Shown piece by piece: positions 8,549-17,877 of a stretch of DNA of 64,000 nt (positions are counted from its first letter, which is position 1; every line of letters begins with the position of its first letter). The notes under the pieces were generated by a model. It was not told where the DNA came from. It searched no databases and worked only from the letters and a program-made list of their open reading frames with translations. Source of the DNA: Candidatus Rifleibacteriota bacterium (lineage in GTDB: Bacteria > Muiribacteriota > Ozemobacteria > Ozemobacterales > Ozemobacteraceae); NCBI GenBank assembly GCA_028689875.1, contig JAQVCG010000004.1, forward strand, positions 3,414-67,413, in the 5' to 3' direction. The position numbers were made by a program, and so were the translations under genes.

Positions 8549-9775
8549 TCAGCTGTTTTTGATCAGGTTGTTCATTTTGATTGATAAAAGTATGGCGATT
8601 ACCTGGGTGATGCAGGTGAATGCGATGATTAGGCCAATTTGGTTTTGGTCGTAGAGAATGCCCATTATGGCTGCGCCTCCCATTAGGGCTAGGCCGTAGG
8701 CTGTGTTGAATACGCCGTAGCTGGTGCCGCGCTTGTGAAATGGGGTTATGTCGGCGATTGCCGAGCGCATTATTGTTTCATGGGTGCCCATAACGATTCC
8801 GAAAATCATCATTCCGATAACAATCAGCGGTATAGAACTTTTTAAAGTGAGAAACGGCAGCAGAAGCGTTATGAATGGAATTGCCATCAAAACTAAAATG
8901 CCTCCGGTTTTTTTCTGTGTTTTTTCTTTTAACCGGTCATAGGCTTTGCCGACAATTAATGCGGCAAAGGCGTCGATTAGCATTGCCAGCGAATATAAAA
9001 GTGTGATGTTGCTGTCAGAGACTAAACCTTGGGCTTTAAGATGGTAGCCGACCGTGCTGAAATTAACAAAGCCGAGCGTGCAAAAGAAGGTAAAGGCGGT
9101 GTAGATCCAAAATACCGGTTTGAGCTGATTTTTTTGAAAGTCTTTTGGCTCAACCGTCGGCAACATATTATCGCCATGAATTTTTCTGTAGGCATATGTT
9201 AGAAACAGCATCAGAGCGATGAAAGCAATAATCAGTGTGCGATATCCCAGTTGATATTCTGCAATGCCGTCTTTTCCCGTAAAATAGAAAATTGCGCTGA
9301 ATACGAGCGGCCCGGCGAAGGCACCGATTTGGTCTAAGGCTTCTTGTAAGCCGAATGCAAAACCGACACCGACTTGTTTTCCTGCAACACCCGATAAAAT
9401 AGTATCTTTAGCAGGACTTCGCAGAGCTTTTCCGATTCTTTCCATTAGAATCAATACTACGAGAATGTTCCAGTTCATAGTTAAGCCCATAAAAGGCACA
9501 ACAAGCAGCATGCCATAGCCGAGAAACAAAAATAGCCAGTATTTGCCGGTTTTATCTGACATAATGCCTGCTAAGAGTCTTAACGCATACCCGAGAAACT
9601 CTCCGATGCCGAATATGATTCCTACTTTAGTGGCGCTAAAGCCTAAGAGTTTTAAATATTGGCTGTTGGCGCTTCTGGCTGATTCATACAGCATATCGCC
9701 AAACATGCTAATAAAGCCGAAAATAATAATAACTATAACTGCCGGCGAAAAACGATTTTTTTCTTGATTGCTCAT
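8549..9775 (-). CDS. MFS-type transporter
   Basis: 408 aa, about 12 hydrophobic segments in a 6+6 layout with a central loop ('YRKIHGDNMLPTVEPKDFQKNQLK'). Confidence 0.7.
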   Translation of the reverse strand: MSNQEKNRFSPAVIVIIIFGFISMFGDMLYESARSANSQYLKLLGFSATKVGIIFGIGEFLGYALRLLAGIMSDKTGKYWLFLFLGYGMLLVVPFMGLTMNWNILVVLILMERIGKALRSPAKDTILSGVAGKQVGVGFAFGLQEALDQIGAFAGPLVFSAIFYFTGKDGIAEYQLGYRTLIIAFIALMLFLTYAYRKIHGDNMLPTVEPKDFQKNQLKPVFWIYTAFTFFCTLGFVNFSTVGYHLKAQGLVSDSNITLLYSLAMLIDAFAALIVGKAYDRLKEKTQKKTGGILVLMAIPFITLLLPFLTLKSSIPLIVIGMMIFGIVMGTHETIMRSAIADITPFHKRGTSYGVFNTAYGLALMGGAAIMGILYDQNQIGLIIAFTCITQVIAILLSIKMNNLIKNS

Positions 9776-9800
9776 ATTCTGCTTCTAATGGCTTGGTGCA

Positions 9801-9831
9801 AAAAAAAAGACCAGCTTTAAGCTGGTCTTTT
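9801..9831 (-). terminator. rho-independent terminator downstream of argF
   Basis: Arms AAAGACCAGC (9806-9815) and GCTGGTCTTT (9821-9830). On the minus strand the stem is followed by a T-run (plus-strand A-run 9801-9808). Sits 9 nt after the argF stop. Confidence 0.75.
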
Positions 9832-9839
9832 AATGTTTG

Positions 9840-10820
9840 TTATTTTACGCCGAGGGTGGCTACCATAACTGCTTTGATGGTGTGCAGGCGGTTTTCGGCC
9901 TGGTCGAATACTTTTGAGAATTTGCTTTCGAATACTTCTTCGGTTACTTCCATGGCACCGACTTCTTTTGATACGGTGGTGTCATTGTTGTGGAATGCAG
10001 GCAGGCAGTGCAAGAACAGTGGTTTTTCTTTGCCTGTTGCTTTGAGCATTTTCATGTTGACCTGGTAGGGAGACAACAATTTGATGCGTGCTTGCATTTG
10101 GTCTTCTTCGCCCATGCTTGCCCATACGTCTGTGTAAAGAACATCTGCGCCTTTTACGCCTTTGTTAACGTCGTCGGTTACAGTGATGCTAGCGCCGGTT
10201 TCTTTGCAGATATCTTTAACTAATGCAACGAGTTCTTTTTCGGGGAACAGTGATTTCGGAGATACGATTCTGCAGTCCATACCCATTTTTGCACAGCCGA
10301 TCATGAGGGAGTTGGCCATATTGTTGCGGCCGTCGCCTACGTATGCGAAGCTGATGCCTTTGAGGGTTCCAAAATATTCTTCGATTGTTAAAAGGTCAGC
10401 CAAAATTTGTGTGGGGTGGAATTTGTCGGTTAGGCCGTTCCATACGGGGACGCCGGCGTATTTTGCAAGTTCTTCAACGGTTTCGTGTTTGAAACCTCTG
10501 AACTGAATGCCGTCAAACATTCTGCCTAATACTCTTGCAGTGTCTTTAACTGTTTCTTTTTTGCCTAACTGAATGTCGTCTTTGCCAAGGTATTCGGGGT
10601 GGGCGCCTTCGTCAACAGCTGCTACAACAAAAGCGCATCTGGTTCTTGTAGAGGCCTTTTCAAAAATAAGTGCAATACTTTTGCCTTCCAAGTTTCTGGG
10701 CTTGATTCCGGCATATTTGAGTTTCTTAAGATTAGATGCTAAGTCGAGCAAATAGCGAATTTCTTCGGGGGTAAAATCTTTTAATGTTAAAAAATTACGT
10801 CCAATTAGATTAACTGCCAT
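9840..10820 (-). CDS. argF: ornithine carbamoyltransferase
   Basis: 326 aa. Motifs 'STRTRCAF', '[11 protein letters not shown]', 'HCLPAFHN', 'DVWASMGEE'. Confidence 0.9.
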   Translation of the reverse strand: MAVNLIGRNFLTLKDFTPEEIRYLLDLASNLKKLKYAGIKPRNLEGKSIALIFEKASTRTRCAFVVAAVDEGAHPEYLGKDDIQLGKKETVKDTARVLGRMFDGIQFRGFKHETVEELAKYAGVPVWNGLTDKFHPTQILADLLTIEEYFGTLKGISFAYVGDGRNNMANSLMIGCAKMGMDCRIVSPKSLFPEKELVALVKDICKETGASITVTDDVNKGVKGADVLYTDVWASMGEEDQMQARIKLLSPYQVNMKMLKATGKEKPLFLHCLPAFHNNDTTVSKEVGAMEVTEEVFESKFSKVFDQAENRLHTIKAVMVATLGVK

Positions 10821-10856
10821 AAATCGAATACCTTTCGGGTGATAATTTGTATATAT

Positions 10857-10885
10857 TTAATAGCACCTTGTTAGTTTATTGTCAA
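10857..10885 (-). promoter_or_regulatory. sigma70-like promoter candidate for argF (TTGACA-17-TATTAA)
   Basis: Minus-strand TTGACA at 10880-10885 and TATTAA at 10857-10862, with a 17-nt spacer. The -10 last base is non-consensus. Confidence 0.4.
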
Positions 10886-10901
10886 CAAACTGCGGTTGTT
10901 A

Positions 10902-10930
10902 TTGCGCATCAGAAGTAAAATCATTATAAT
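10902..10930 (+). promoter_or_regulatory. sigma70-like promoter (TTGCGC-17-TATAAT) for the 10972 gene
   Basis: Perfect -10 at 10925-10930 and a 17-nt spacer. GGAGG RBS and GTG start lie about 40 nt downstream. Confidence 0.55.
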
Positions 10931-10971
10931 TAAATAAATGTACAGGACTTTAGGTCGCCGGAGGTAGTTTT

Positions 10972-13293
10972 GTGAAAAAATTCAGGTCGGTAAAAATAGC
11001 AATATTGCTGATTTTGGCCATGTTTATCAGCACTGTTGCAACAGCAGCGGGAACATTTGTTGTTACCTCGAGCGGTATTCGTTATGTTATTACCGATTCT
11101 GCGGGCAAAATACAAAAGGTTTATACTCCGACTTACGATGTGGATTCCGGCTCCTATTTTGTAAGAGACTCTGATAATCGTGTAATAGCTTCGCAAAATC
11201 TGACAACTGAAGCTGCAATGGAGCAATTCAAAATTGTGGCTCCGCTTAATAGCGGCGGAATAAGTGAAACCAAAGATTTCTTGGGAAACAGTGTTCCTGT
11301 TTTGAGGGCCTTAGAAAGCTCTGACCCCAGATTTCAGCAGTTAAAAACTTACATAGAAAACAACGAAGGCTTGCGCCGAACGGTCGGCATGCAGATTGAA
11401 GCCCGAAACTATAAAATTAACAAATTACAAAAAGCGGTAAGCGAAGGCACCAAAGACCCGGCTTTTGCTCAGTGGCTTGTAAATGACTTAAAAAAGCCTG
11501 TTTACCTTGAAATAGACGAATCGGGTTATATCTGCCACGATTCTTCGGGCTTTGTTTTGGCAGAACGGGATTCTTCGGGGGCGATAAACTATCGCGATAA
11601 CTCTAATGTTAATCGCATCGTTGTGGCAGGCAACAGCGAAGTATTCACAGGTGGTATGAGGGATCCGTCGGGCGCTTCTGTCATTTCTCACGAAGTCGGC
11701 CACATGATAATGGATCAACTTTATGAATCGCCCAACTACCCTGCAACATCTTATCAGGGTGCCCACTCAAAGAACACCGTTTCAGACGGGGGTTTTGCTA
11801 TTTCTGAGGGCTGGGCAGAGGCAATCGAGGCCCTATCAACCAAGGAATATCGCGCAAACAATGACGTGAGTTCTTCCTGGCGACTTGAAACACAAAATAA
11901 TATTGAGCAGAACCGTTATATATTTGAAAATCAGGGCGTAACGGGCGCGGTTAACGACGGTATCTTAAAGTCTGCATCAGATATGCTTTCTACAGAAGGC
12001 GTTAATGCTTCTCTGTTTTATGATTTGTTGGACTCGTCAGATATTCAATACCCGTTCTCTAAGGTTTGCGAAGTATTCGAAACGACCAAACCGCAGAGCT
12101 ACACGGAATTTGTAAACGATTTTATCGAGATGTTCCCCGAAGATCGAAGTGCAATGATCGATCAGTTCTTGACCAACACAAAATATGCAACCGTAGATTC
12201 GGGTGCGCAATATCGGTATAAAGAGCTTCATGACGCACAGATGGCTTATTTGAGCGAATCTGATCCTATTGCCAAGTCGCAGTTAAAGTCGGCGTATGAG
12301 TCGAAACTCAGAGATTACGAAGCTTTGAACGAAAATCTTTATAAACAGGCCGTAGTTGAAGGAAAAATCGATGGCGTGCTTGATGGCAGCAACACGCAAG
12401 GTTACCGCTCTGTCAGATTAAGCGAAACCATTCTTAAGAGCCAAAAGGCTCTTGGGCAGGGCGTAAGACAGGCAGCCGACTCAATTAAACAGTCTTTTAG
12501 TGTTAAGAATATGGCTGTAACAGCCGGAACATCTATTGCCATAAACTTGGCAAGTCAGCTGATGAACGGCGAAAAGCCCAGCTTTAAAACCGCAGCTAAG
12601 GCAGTTTTTTCGATGCAGTTTTTGGGCAATTTCGTAGGTTCTTCTTTGGGTTCTGCAGCCGGTCAGGTTGTGGTTCCTTTGATTCAGGCTTTTGCCCCCG
12701 CAGTTGTAGGAAGCATTGCCGGCGCTCTAATACCGAGCATGACGGCACTTATTGGCGGTAATATCGGCAGCAGCTTAGGCTCAGGAATGACATTTAAAGA
12801 ATCTTTAAAAGCGATAGACTGGGTTGCTGTTTCGGGGCAGTCTATTGGCAGCGTCTTAGGTTCTATGCTTGGCTCACTGATACCTATTCCTGTGGTTGGC
12901 TCTATGTTGGGCGGTATATTGGGCGGAATAATCGGCGAGAAGGTCTTTACAAAGATAGCTTCGTGGTTTGGGCGCGATAAAAAAGCTAAACAGGCAGAAG
13001 CAAATATTTATATGCCAACGGGTAAAAACAGCTCGTCTTCTGTTTTAGTCTCTAGCAGCGTAGCTTCTTCGCAAGGTTCACAAAGTTTGTTGATACCTGA
13101 AGATGTCGAGTTGGCAGCTCAAAATATTGCCGGAAACGACCTGAAAAACTATAAAGAAGCTTATGAATCGGCGTATAAAGCCTATGTGAAAGCTGTTAAT
13201 TCGGGCGATCAAGACAAAGCACGCAAGAAATTAGAAAAATTTCAGGCAGCAAAAGCTGATTATGAAGCGGTTATAACTGCAATTGGCCAATAA
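10972..13293 (+). CDS. secreted gluzincin-like metallopeptidase-domain protein with long glycine-zipper hydrophobic region
   Basis: 773 aa. GTG start with GGAGG 8 nt upstream. Signal peptide 'IAILLILAMFISTVATAAG'. 'ISHEVGHMIMDQL' (HEXXH) followed by 'ISEGWAEAIEAL' (third-ligand Glu motif). aa ~520-660 are Gly/Ser/Ala-rich GxxxG repeats ('GSSLGSAAGQVVV','GSIAGALIPSMTALIGGNIGSSLGSG','GSVLGSMLGSLIPIPVVGSMLGGILGGIIG'). Confidence 0.6.
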   Translation: MKKFRSVKIAILLILAMFISTVATAAGTFVVTSSGIRYVITDSAGKIQKVYTPTYDVDSGSYFVRDSDNRVIASQNLTTEAAMEQFKIVAPLNSGGISETKDFLGNSVPVLRALESSDPRFQQLKTYIENNEGLRRTVGMQIEARNYKINKLQKAVSEGTKDPAFAQWLVNDLKKPVYLEIDESGYICHDSSGFVLAERDSSGAINYRDNSNVNRIVVAGNSEVFTGGMRDPSGASVISHEVGHMIMDQLYESPNYPATSYQGAHSKNTVSDGGFAISEGWAEAIEALSTKEYRANNDVSSSWRLETQNNIEQNRYIFENQGVTGAVNDGILKSASDMLSTEGVNASLFYDLLDSSDIQYPFSKVCEVFETTKPQSYTEFVNDFIEMFPEDRSAMIDQFLTNTKYATVDSGAQYRYKELHDAQMAYLSESDPIAKSQLKSAYESKLRDYEALNENLYKQAVVEGKIDGVLDGSNTQGYRSVRLSETILKSQKALGQGVRQAADSIKQSFSVKNMAVTAGTSIAINLASQLMNGEKPSFKTAAKAVFSMQFLGNFVGSSLGSAAGQVVVPLIQAFAPAVVGSIAGALIPSMTALIGGNIGSSLGSGMTFKESLKAIDWVAVSGQSIGSVLGSMLGSLIPIPVVGSMLGGILGGIIGEKVFTKIASWFGRDKKAKQAEANIYMPTGKNSSSSVLVSSSVASSQGSQSLLIPEDVELAAQNIAGNDLKNYKEAYESAYKAYVKAVNSGDQDKARKKLEKFQAAKADYEAVITAIGQ

Positions 13294-13295
13294 AG

Positions 13296-14609
13296 TTAAG
13301 GCTCTTTAGGCTTGAGCACAACTATGTTTTGTCCCTCGAAAACGGGAATCTCAATGGGCTGTACCATATAAGCGGAATATTCTGTGCTTATACCCGATAA
13401 ATCTTTAAATGATGAGGGTAAAACATACATTTGATCTGTTTGTGTGCCTTTTATACTGCTTATCGGAATCAATTTGCCTGATTCTCCGAATGATTCAACC
13501 TTGTTTCTAAAACACCATAATCCATTGTTTGCACAAGGGTCATCGACAGTCAGGGCCAAATTAAAGTCGAAAAGCAAATTGCCAAATGATTTGTCTAAGC
13601 AGAATAGCATGTGCTCAATGCCTGCTATTCCAGGGTCTCTTTTTTTAACCAGTTCTTTTAGGAAAAACTGCTGTAAAGTTTCGCTGTTTCCGCCGTATTT
13701 TTCGACAAGATATGCCACGAATATAAACGAACCACCATACTGCTTGTATAGATCGGGTTCTTTGAACCAAGCGGTTTCAGAATTATTTACTATGTCTATG
13801 TTCGGTTCATTAAGATATTTTTCAAGATGCGGTGCGGGGGGAATTTTTTGGCTGTCGTCACCGACACAGCCCGAGTAAATATACTCTGCAAACATCGAAT
13901 AGCCCTCGTCGAGCCATCTTTCTTGTTCTTCCATGTTTAACGCTTTTCTTAAAGTATAATTTGTTAAATGCTGAAATTCATGCACCAATGTTCTGTAAAA
14001 AGCGTTTGTTTTAAGATTTGTGTTATCTGTTTCGATGCCGGTCAAATTCATGAATAAAACCGGTTTTCTGTTTCCGCTTTTTGCTTCTAAATCGCGATGA
14101 TCAAAGTATCCGGCCACGTAGCCTTCAGAAAATTGCCCCTTGATTTCTGTAAGAAAAATATAAATGTCGTTGTCGGGCAGATTTAATTCAGCCGGAATTT
14201 GAGGGGTTCCAAACCATTTTGCGACCAGAGGGTAAATAATTTCGTCAAACTTCTCAGATACATCTGATGCATATGTTAGCGGGGCTTTTTTAAGTTTATC
14301 TATTGCTTCTTGTTCAACGAATATCTTGCAGAATTGCCCCTGTTTTAGAAAGAGCCCTTCTTTATATTCGTAGATTTTGTTTTCGAAGTTAAAAACTTGA
14401 AAGCCGACTTTTGATACTAATGGCTTAAGTTCAGACAAAACAGCAGAAGACCTTAAAAAGTCTGCTAAGTTTTGATTTGAATTGAGCCTGATTGATTTTG
14501 CGGCATTTTGTCTTAATCTGAAGGTGCCGTCTGCGGTTTGTGCATGGCTTATTTGAATAATGTTAAAAAATATGCAGATTAAAAGAAGTTTAATGCTTAA
14601 ATTTTTCAT
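13296..14609 (-). CDS. secreted gluzincin-like (peptidase MA-type) protein
   Basis: 'LVHEFQHLTNY' (HEXXH) followed by 'WLDEGYSMFAEY'. I prefer the ATG at 14609 (MKNLSIKLLLICIFFNIIQISHAQ signal peptide), which forms an ATGA overlap with the upstream gene's stop. The track ORF extends to 14651. Confidence 0.6.
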   Translation of the reverse strand: MKNLSIKLLLICIFFNIIQISHAQTADGTFRLRQNAAKSIRLNSNQNLADFLRSSAVLSELKPLVSKVGFQVFNFENKIYEYKEGLFLKQGQFCKIFVEQEAIDKLKKAPLTYASDVSEKFDEIIYPLVAKWFGTPQIPAELNLPDNDIYIFLTEIKGQFSEGYVAGYFDHRDLEAKSGNRKPVLFMNLTGIETDNTNLKTNAFYRTLVHEFQHLTNYTLRKALNMEEQERWLDEGYSMFAEYIYSGCVGDDSQKIPPAPHLEKYLNEPNIDIVNNSETAWFKEPDLYKQYGGSFIFVAYLVEKYGGNSETLQQFFLKELVKKRDPGIAGIEHMLFCLDKSFGNLLFDFNLALTVDDPCANNGLWCFRNKVESFGESGKLIPISSIKGTQTDQMYVLPSSFKDLSGISTEYSAYMVQPIEIPVFEGQNIVVLKPKEP

Positions 14610-15358
14610 TTTATTTGGATTATTGTAAGTGTTATATCGTCGGTTGCGCATTCGCTTGAGTTGTTAATTGATTTTGCCAAATCTTTAACAATATTTGCGG
14701 GGCTATCGTTGTTTTTAGACTTAAAATATTCTTTTAAAAACAGGTAGCCGTCTTCACATTTGTAGAGCGCTTCAAAGTAGTCTAACAGACCGTCTGAATA
14801 AAAATAGAGTCTGTCGCCTGTTTCGATTTTAACTGTTCTTGCGGTGTATTGGCTTTCTTTAAAAATACCGAGAAGTGTGCCTGTAGACGGGAGTTCACTG
14901 AAAGAATCTGTTTTTGCAGAATAATGCAAAGGAAAATCGTGTCCTGCATTGGCATAAATAAATTCCATTGCGGCAACATTAAACACACCCCATAATGCCG
15001 TTGAATTAAAGTGTGAGCCTGCACCTAAGAATTCTTTTAAAGAAACGTTAACTTCTGACATAAGTTCGGCGGGGTCTTTTGTTAAAGAAGATTTTTCCTT
15101 AAAAAGACAAAATACTACTGCCATTATAAGCGCTGCGGGCACACCTTTTCCGCACACGTCTCCGATAAGCAGTCCTAACCGTTGCCTATTTTCTGAGCCT
15201 AAGAATCTTATGAAGTCTCCGCCTATGTATCTGGCCGGATGAAAATATGCCGCAACTTCAAGATTTTCTACATCGGGAATTTCTCTGGGCATTGCTCCGT
15301 CTTGGACGATGCGTGCCATTTCGAGTTCCTTTTGTATCTGAAGTTCATAATTAGTCAT
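14606..15358 (-). CDS. PP2C-family serine/threonine phosphatase (SpoIIE/RsbU-type catalytic domain only)
   Basis: 250 aa. 'IGGDFIRF', 'LLIGDVCGKGVPAALIMAV', 'YANAGHDFPL', 'LYFYSDGL', 'TDDITLTII'. Confidence 0.8.
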   Translation of the reverse strand: MTNYELQIQKELEMARIVQDGAMPREIPDVENLEVAAYFHPARYIGGDFIRFLGSENRQRLGLLIGDVCGKGVPAALIMAVVFCLFKEKSSLTKDPAELMSEVNVSLKEFLGAGSHFNSTALWGVFNVAAMEFIYANAGHDFPLHYSAKTDSFSELPSTGTLLGIFKESQYTARTVKIETGDRLYFYSDGLLDYFEALYKCEDGYLFLKEYFKSKNNDSPANIVKDLAKSINNSSECATDDITLTIIQIK

Positions 15359-15360
15359 AA

Positions 15361-15591
15361 TTAAAGGCTACTATTAACAAAATTTTCGTTTTCTGCGTCG
15401 TATTCTGCTTGTTCATCTGTATAGCTTAAATCAAGCGAAGGTAATGTTTCGTTTCCGGGCATTTGCAAGAAACTTTTTCTTATGTATATAAGAAAGCTAA
15501 ATAGGGCAATAAAATAGCAGTTTGCAAAACTGACAATATAATCAAACATACCGAAAACTCCTTTTTCTGGTCTTGTTTTGATCTTAAACAC
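15361..15591 (-). CDS. small membrane protein, unknown function
   Basis: 76 aa. One TM 'IVSFANCYFIALFSFLIYI' followed by an acidic tail. Stop is 2 nt before the PP2C start. The true start may be an internal Met. Confidence 0.35.
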   Translation of the reverse strand: MFKIKTRPEKGVFGMFDYIVSFANCYFIALFSFLIYIRKSFLQMPGNETLPSLDLSYTDEQAEYDAENENFVNSSL

Positions 15592-15630
15592 AATCGCTGT
15601 ATCGGCAGATTGTTTTTTTATTGTAATAAT

Positions 15631-16287
15631 TTATAAGTTTTTTTTGTGGTTTGCGAATATTGAGGGCTCATCAGATACATCAATAACGCTTTCTGAAGCT
15701 TTTTCTAAGAAGTTAAGTTCAGTAAAGGTCTTGTTTGAGTTATTTTCATATTTAGGCATGAACGGCATTGCACACAGCATGGTTACTGGTACAACTTTTG
15801 GCACTTTCGAGTTATTTTCGAAAACTTTATCTGCTCCTGAAACGGCCATAAACAGTGTTTCTTTGAAATGTATTTTTTTAAAGGTTTTTGTTAGTTCGGT
15901 GCTTAACGAGTCGTTTTCGTTTTGTGAAATAACCAATATTATTTTTTCTTTGTTTTCAATAAGACCTTTAATGACTTTATAATCTTCTTCGAATGCGCCC
16001 GAAAGCAGAATTGGGTTTAATCCGCCCGACAAAGCCATGTTATACCATTTAGGATCAAGTTTTGTGTCTGCTATTACGAATCTGAGGGGTTTTTTAAAGA
16101 TGGCTAACGGCAAAAGCCATGTAGGCAGGCCAAAATTCTTAGTTATAAATACCTGTGCTCCTCGATTAAAGTTTGTTTCGCCAAAATGCTTGAAACAGGG
16201 TATGAAAAGGCTTACAAGATATCTGGCTAAACAACGAAAAACAAACCAAGCAAATTTGCTTGGTTTGTTTGCTAGGTAATTATTCAT
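15631..16287 (-). CDS. hypothetical protein
   Basis: 218 aa. No motif I can name (no HX4D). Overlaps the upstream gene by 8 nt, consistent with operon membership. Confidence 0.45.
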   Translation of the reverse strand: MNNYLANKPSKFAWFVFRCLARYLVSLFIPCFKHFGETNFNRGAQVFITKNFGLPTWLLPLAIFKKPLRFVIADTKLDPKWYNMALSGGLNPILLSGAFEEDYKVIKGLIENKEKIILVISQNENDSLSTELTKTFKKIHFKETLFMAVSGADKVFENNSKVPKVVPVTMLCAMPFMPKYENNSNKTFTELNFLEKASESVIDVSDEPSIFANHKKNL

Positions 16288-16720
16288 CTTTGTTAAAAGA
16301 AGGTATTCTTTCGTAGATTCTGTTCAGATCGTATCTCTGCATCAATTCTTTCATTACGAAAGCTCTTAGCAGGTCATCGCGGCCAAACGACACAGCCGGT
16401 TTTGTTGCTTTTTCTTCTGTATCCACTTTCATTTTAATATCATTTAAAATTGCGGATGCCTTTGCAATCTGTTCTTCTCTTTCAGCTTCGCTTGGTTTTT
16501 CCCTTTTTTTAGATGTTCTTTTTTTAAAGGGTTCCGGGTCAGAGATTGCTATAGAAGTATCGAGCGGAGCATTTCTTGACCTTGAAGTTCTTTTTGGTTT
16601 AATGCTCATATCAATATCGCTGAAGTCTATGTCTATTTCTTCGATATTTTTAGGTTTCTTTTTTATATTTGATATTACTGAAATAATCAGAAATAATATC
16701 ACTATAAGAATTTCGTCCAT
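16280..16720 (-). CDS. TM-anchored Lys/Glu-rich protein downstream of floA
   Basis: 146 aa. N-terminal TM 'ILIVILFLIISVISNI' followed by a charged region. Occupies the position held by yqfB after floA in Bacillus. Homology not verified. Confidence 0.45.
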   Translation of the reverse strand: MDEILIVILFLIISVISNIKKKPKNIEEIDIDFSDIDMSIKPKRTSRSRNAPLDTSIAISDPEPFKKRTSKKREKPSEAEREEQIAKASAILNDIKMKVDTEEKATKPAVSFGRDDLLRAFVMKELMQRYDLNRIYERIPSFNKDE

Positions 16721-16744
16721 TAAATAACCTGACTTCCTGTTTTA

Positions 16745-17746
16745 TTACTTGTGCATGTCAATTTTTTTGGTAGGATCTGCCATGTTTGAGAAAGAATGTC
16801 TCATTTCTGTGTCAGAGCTGATGTTTTTAAGAGTGTAATAGTCAAGTATGCCCATGTTGCCGTCTTTGAGAGCATCAGAGATTGCTTGCGGCACAGCTGC
16901 TTCAGCTTCAACCAATTTAGCTCTCATTTCTTGTTCATAGGCTTTCATTTCTTGTTCTCTTGCTTCAGCCATTGCGCGTCTTTCAGCTGCTTTAGCCTGT
17001 GCGATTTTCATATCGGCTTCTGATTGGTCGATCTGCAATTTTGCGCCGATGTTTTCGCCTATATCAACGTCTGCGATGTCGATTGACAATATTTCAAATG
17101 CGGTATTAGCGTCTAATCCTTTATTTTGGATTGTTTTGGAAATTTTGTCGGGGTTTTCTAATATTTCTTCGTGGGAAGCTGCAGAACCGATAGTTGTAAC
17201 GATACCTTCGCCAACGCGAGCTAATATTGTTTCTTCGGTTGCGCCGCCGACGAGTTTATTGATGTCGACTTTAACGGTAATTCTGGCTATTGCTTTAACT
17301 TGGATCCCGTTTTTAGCCATTGCAGCAACTAATGGAGTTTGTATAACCTTTGGTTTAACACAGAGTTTTACTGCATCGTAAACGTCGCGTCCTGCCAGGT
17401 CTATTGCTGTTGCTTGTTTATAAGACAGGTTGATTCCGGCTTTTTGTGCGGCAATCAAAGCAGATACAACTTTAAATACATTGCCTTTCGCCAAATAGTG
17501 TGATTCGAGGTCAGAGAGGCCTACGTTGATTCCGGCTTTTTTTGCCATAATTGCCGGGTCAATGATTTCTCTTGGAGAGACACGTCTAAATCGCATTCCG
17601 ATCAAGTCACCGAGGCCAACGCTGACGCCTGAAGCAATTGCGCTGATCCAGAGTCCAACTGGGACATAATAAGAGAGTACGAAGAACAGTATAATAACGC
17701 CAAAAGCAATTAAAGGAATTAATGATTCCACAAGTACAACCTCCAT
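16745..17746 (-). CDS. floA: flotillin-like protein FloA (SPFH/Band-7, YqfA family)
   Basis: 333 aa. Near-collinear with what I recall of Bacillus FloA: '[14 protein letters not shown]', 'LIGMRFRRV', '[11 protein letters not shown]', 'AIDLAGRDV', '[17 protein letters not shown]', '[19 protein letters not shown]'. Confidence 0.9.
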   Translation of the reverse strand: MEVVLVESLIPLIAFGVIILFFVLSYYVPVGLWISAIASGVSVGLGDLIGMRFRRVSPREIIDPAIMAKKAGINVGLSDLESHYLAKGNVFKVVSALIAAQKAGINLSYKQATAIDLAGRDVYDAVKLCVKPKVIQTPLVAAMAKNGIQVKAIARITVKVDINKLVGGATEETILARVGEGIVTTIGSAASHEEILENPDKISKTIQNKGLDANTAFEILSIDIADVDIGENIGAKLQIDQSEADMKIAQAKAAERRAMAEAREQEMKAYEQEMRAKLVEAEAAVPQAISDALKDGNMGILDYYTLKNISSDTEMRHSFSNMADPTKKIDMHK

Positions 17747-17812
17747 CCACTGATTTTCACATTCTAATATGGATTAAAACAGGGTTAAAAGTCAAGCAAA
17801 ATACAGATTATT

Positions 17813-17877
17813 ATGTGGTGTTTGGGTGGTGGCAACTGCGGTGAACTTCGAGGCGGGGGTTTGAGATTATTTGAGAG
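17813..17877 (+). repeat. dispersed intergenic repeat, copy A
   Basis: Contains GGCAACTGCGGTGAACTTCGA (17831-17851), identical to 58602-58622. Right end GAGATTATTTGA (17863-17874) is identical to 21669-21680. Overlaps the last codons of murG. Confidence 0.6.

Noticed and set aside
8466-8654. 62-aa plus-strand ORF after the 7411 gene
   Set aside because: It overlaps the 3' end of the MFS transporter on the opposite strand, has no RBS, and reads through the intergenic hairpin.
10885-10893. AACTGCGGT 9-mer upstream of argF as another copy of the dispersed repeat
   Set aside because: Only 9 nt match and the flanks are unrelated. A match of that length can occur by chance in a window of this size.
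10930-11226. 98-aa minus-strand ORF overlapping the start of the 10972 gene
   Set aside because: It overlaps a gene with a good RBS, promoter and signal peptide. It is Cys/Arg-rich and implausible, and would run through the promoter region.
14610-14651. 14-codon N-terminal extension of the secreted HEXXH protein (track start 14651)
   Set aside because: The ATG at 14609 gives a clean signal peptide and an ATGA coupling with the PP2C stop. The longer form would add a basic, non-signal leader overlapping the PP2C gene by 46 nt.
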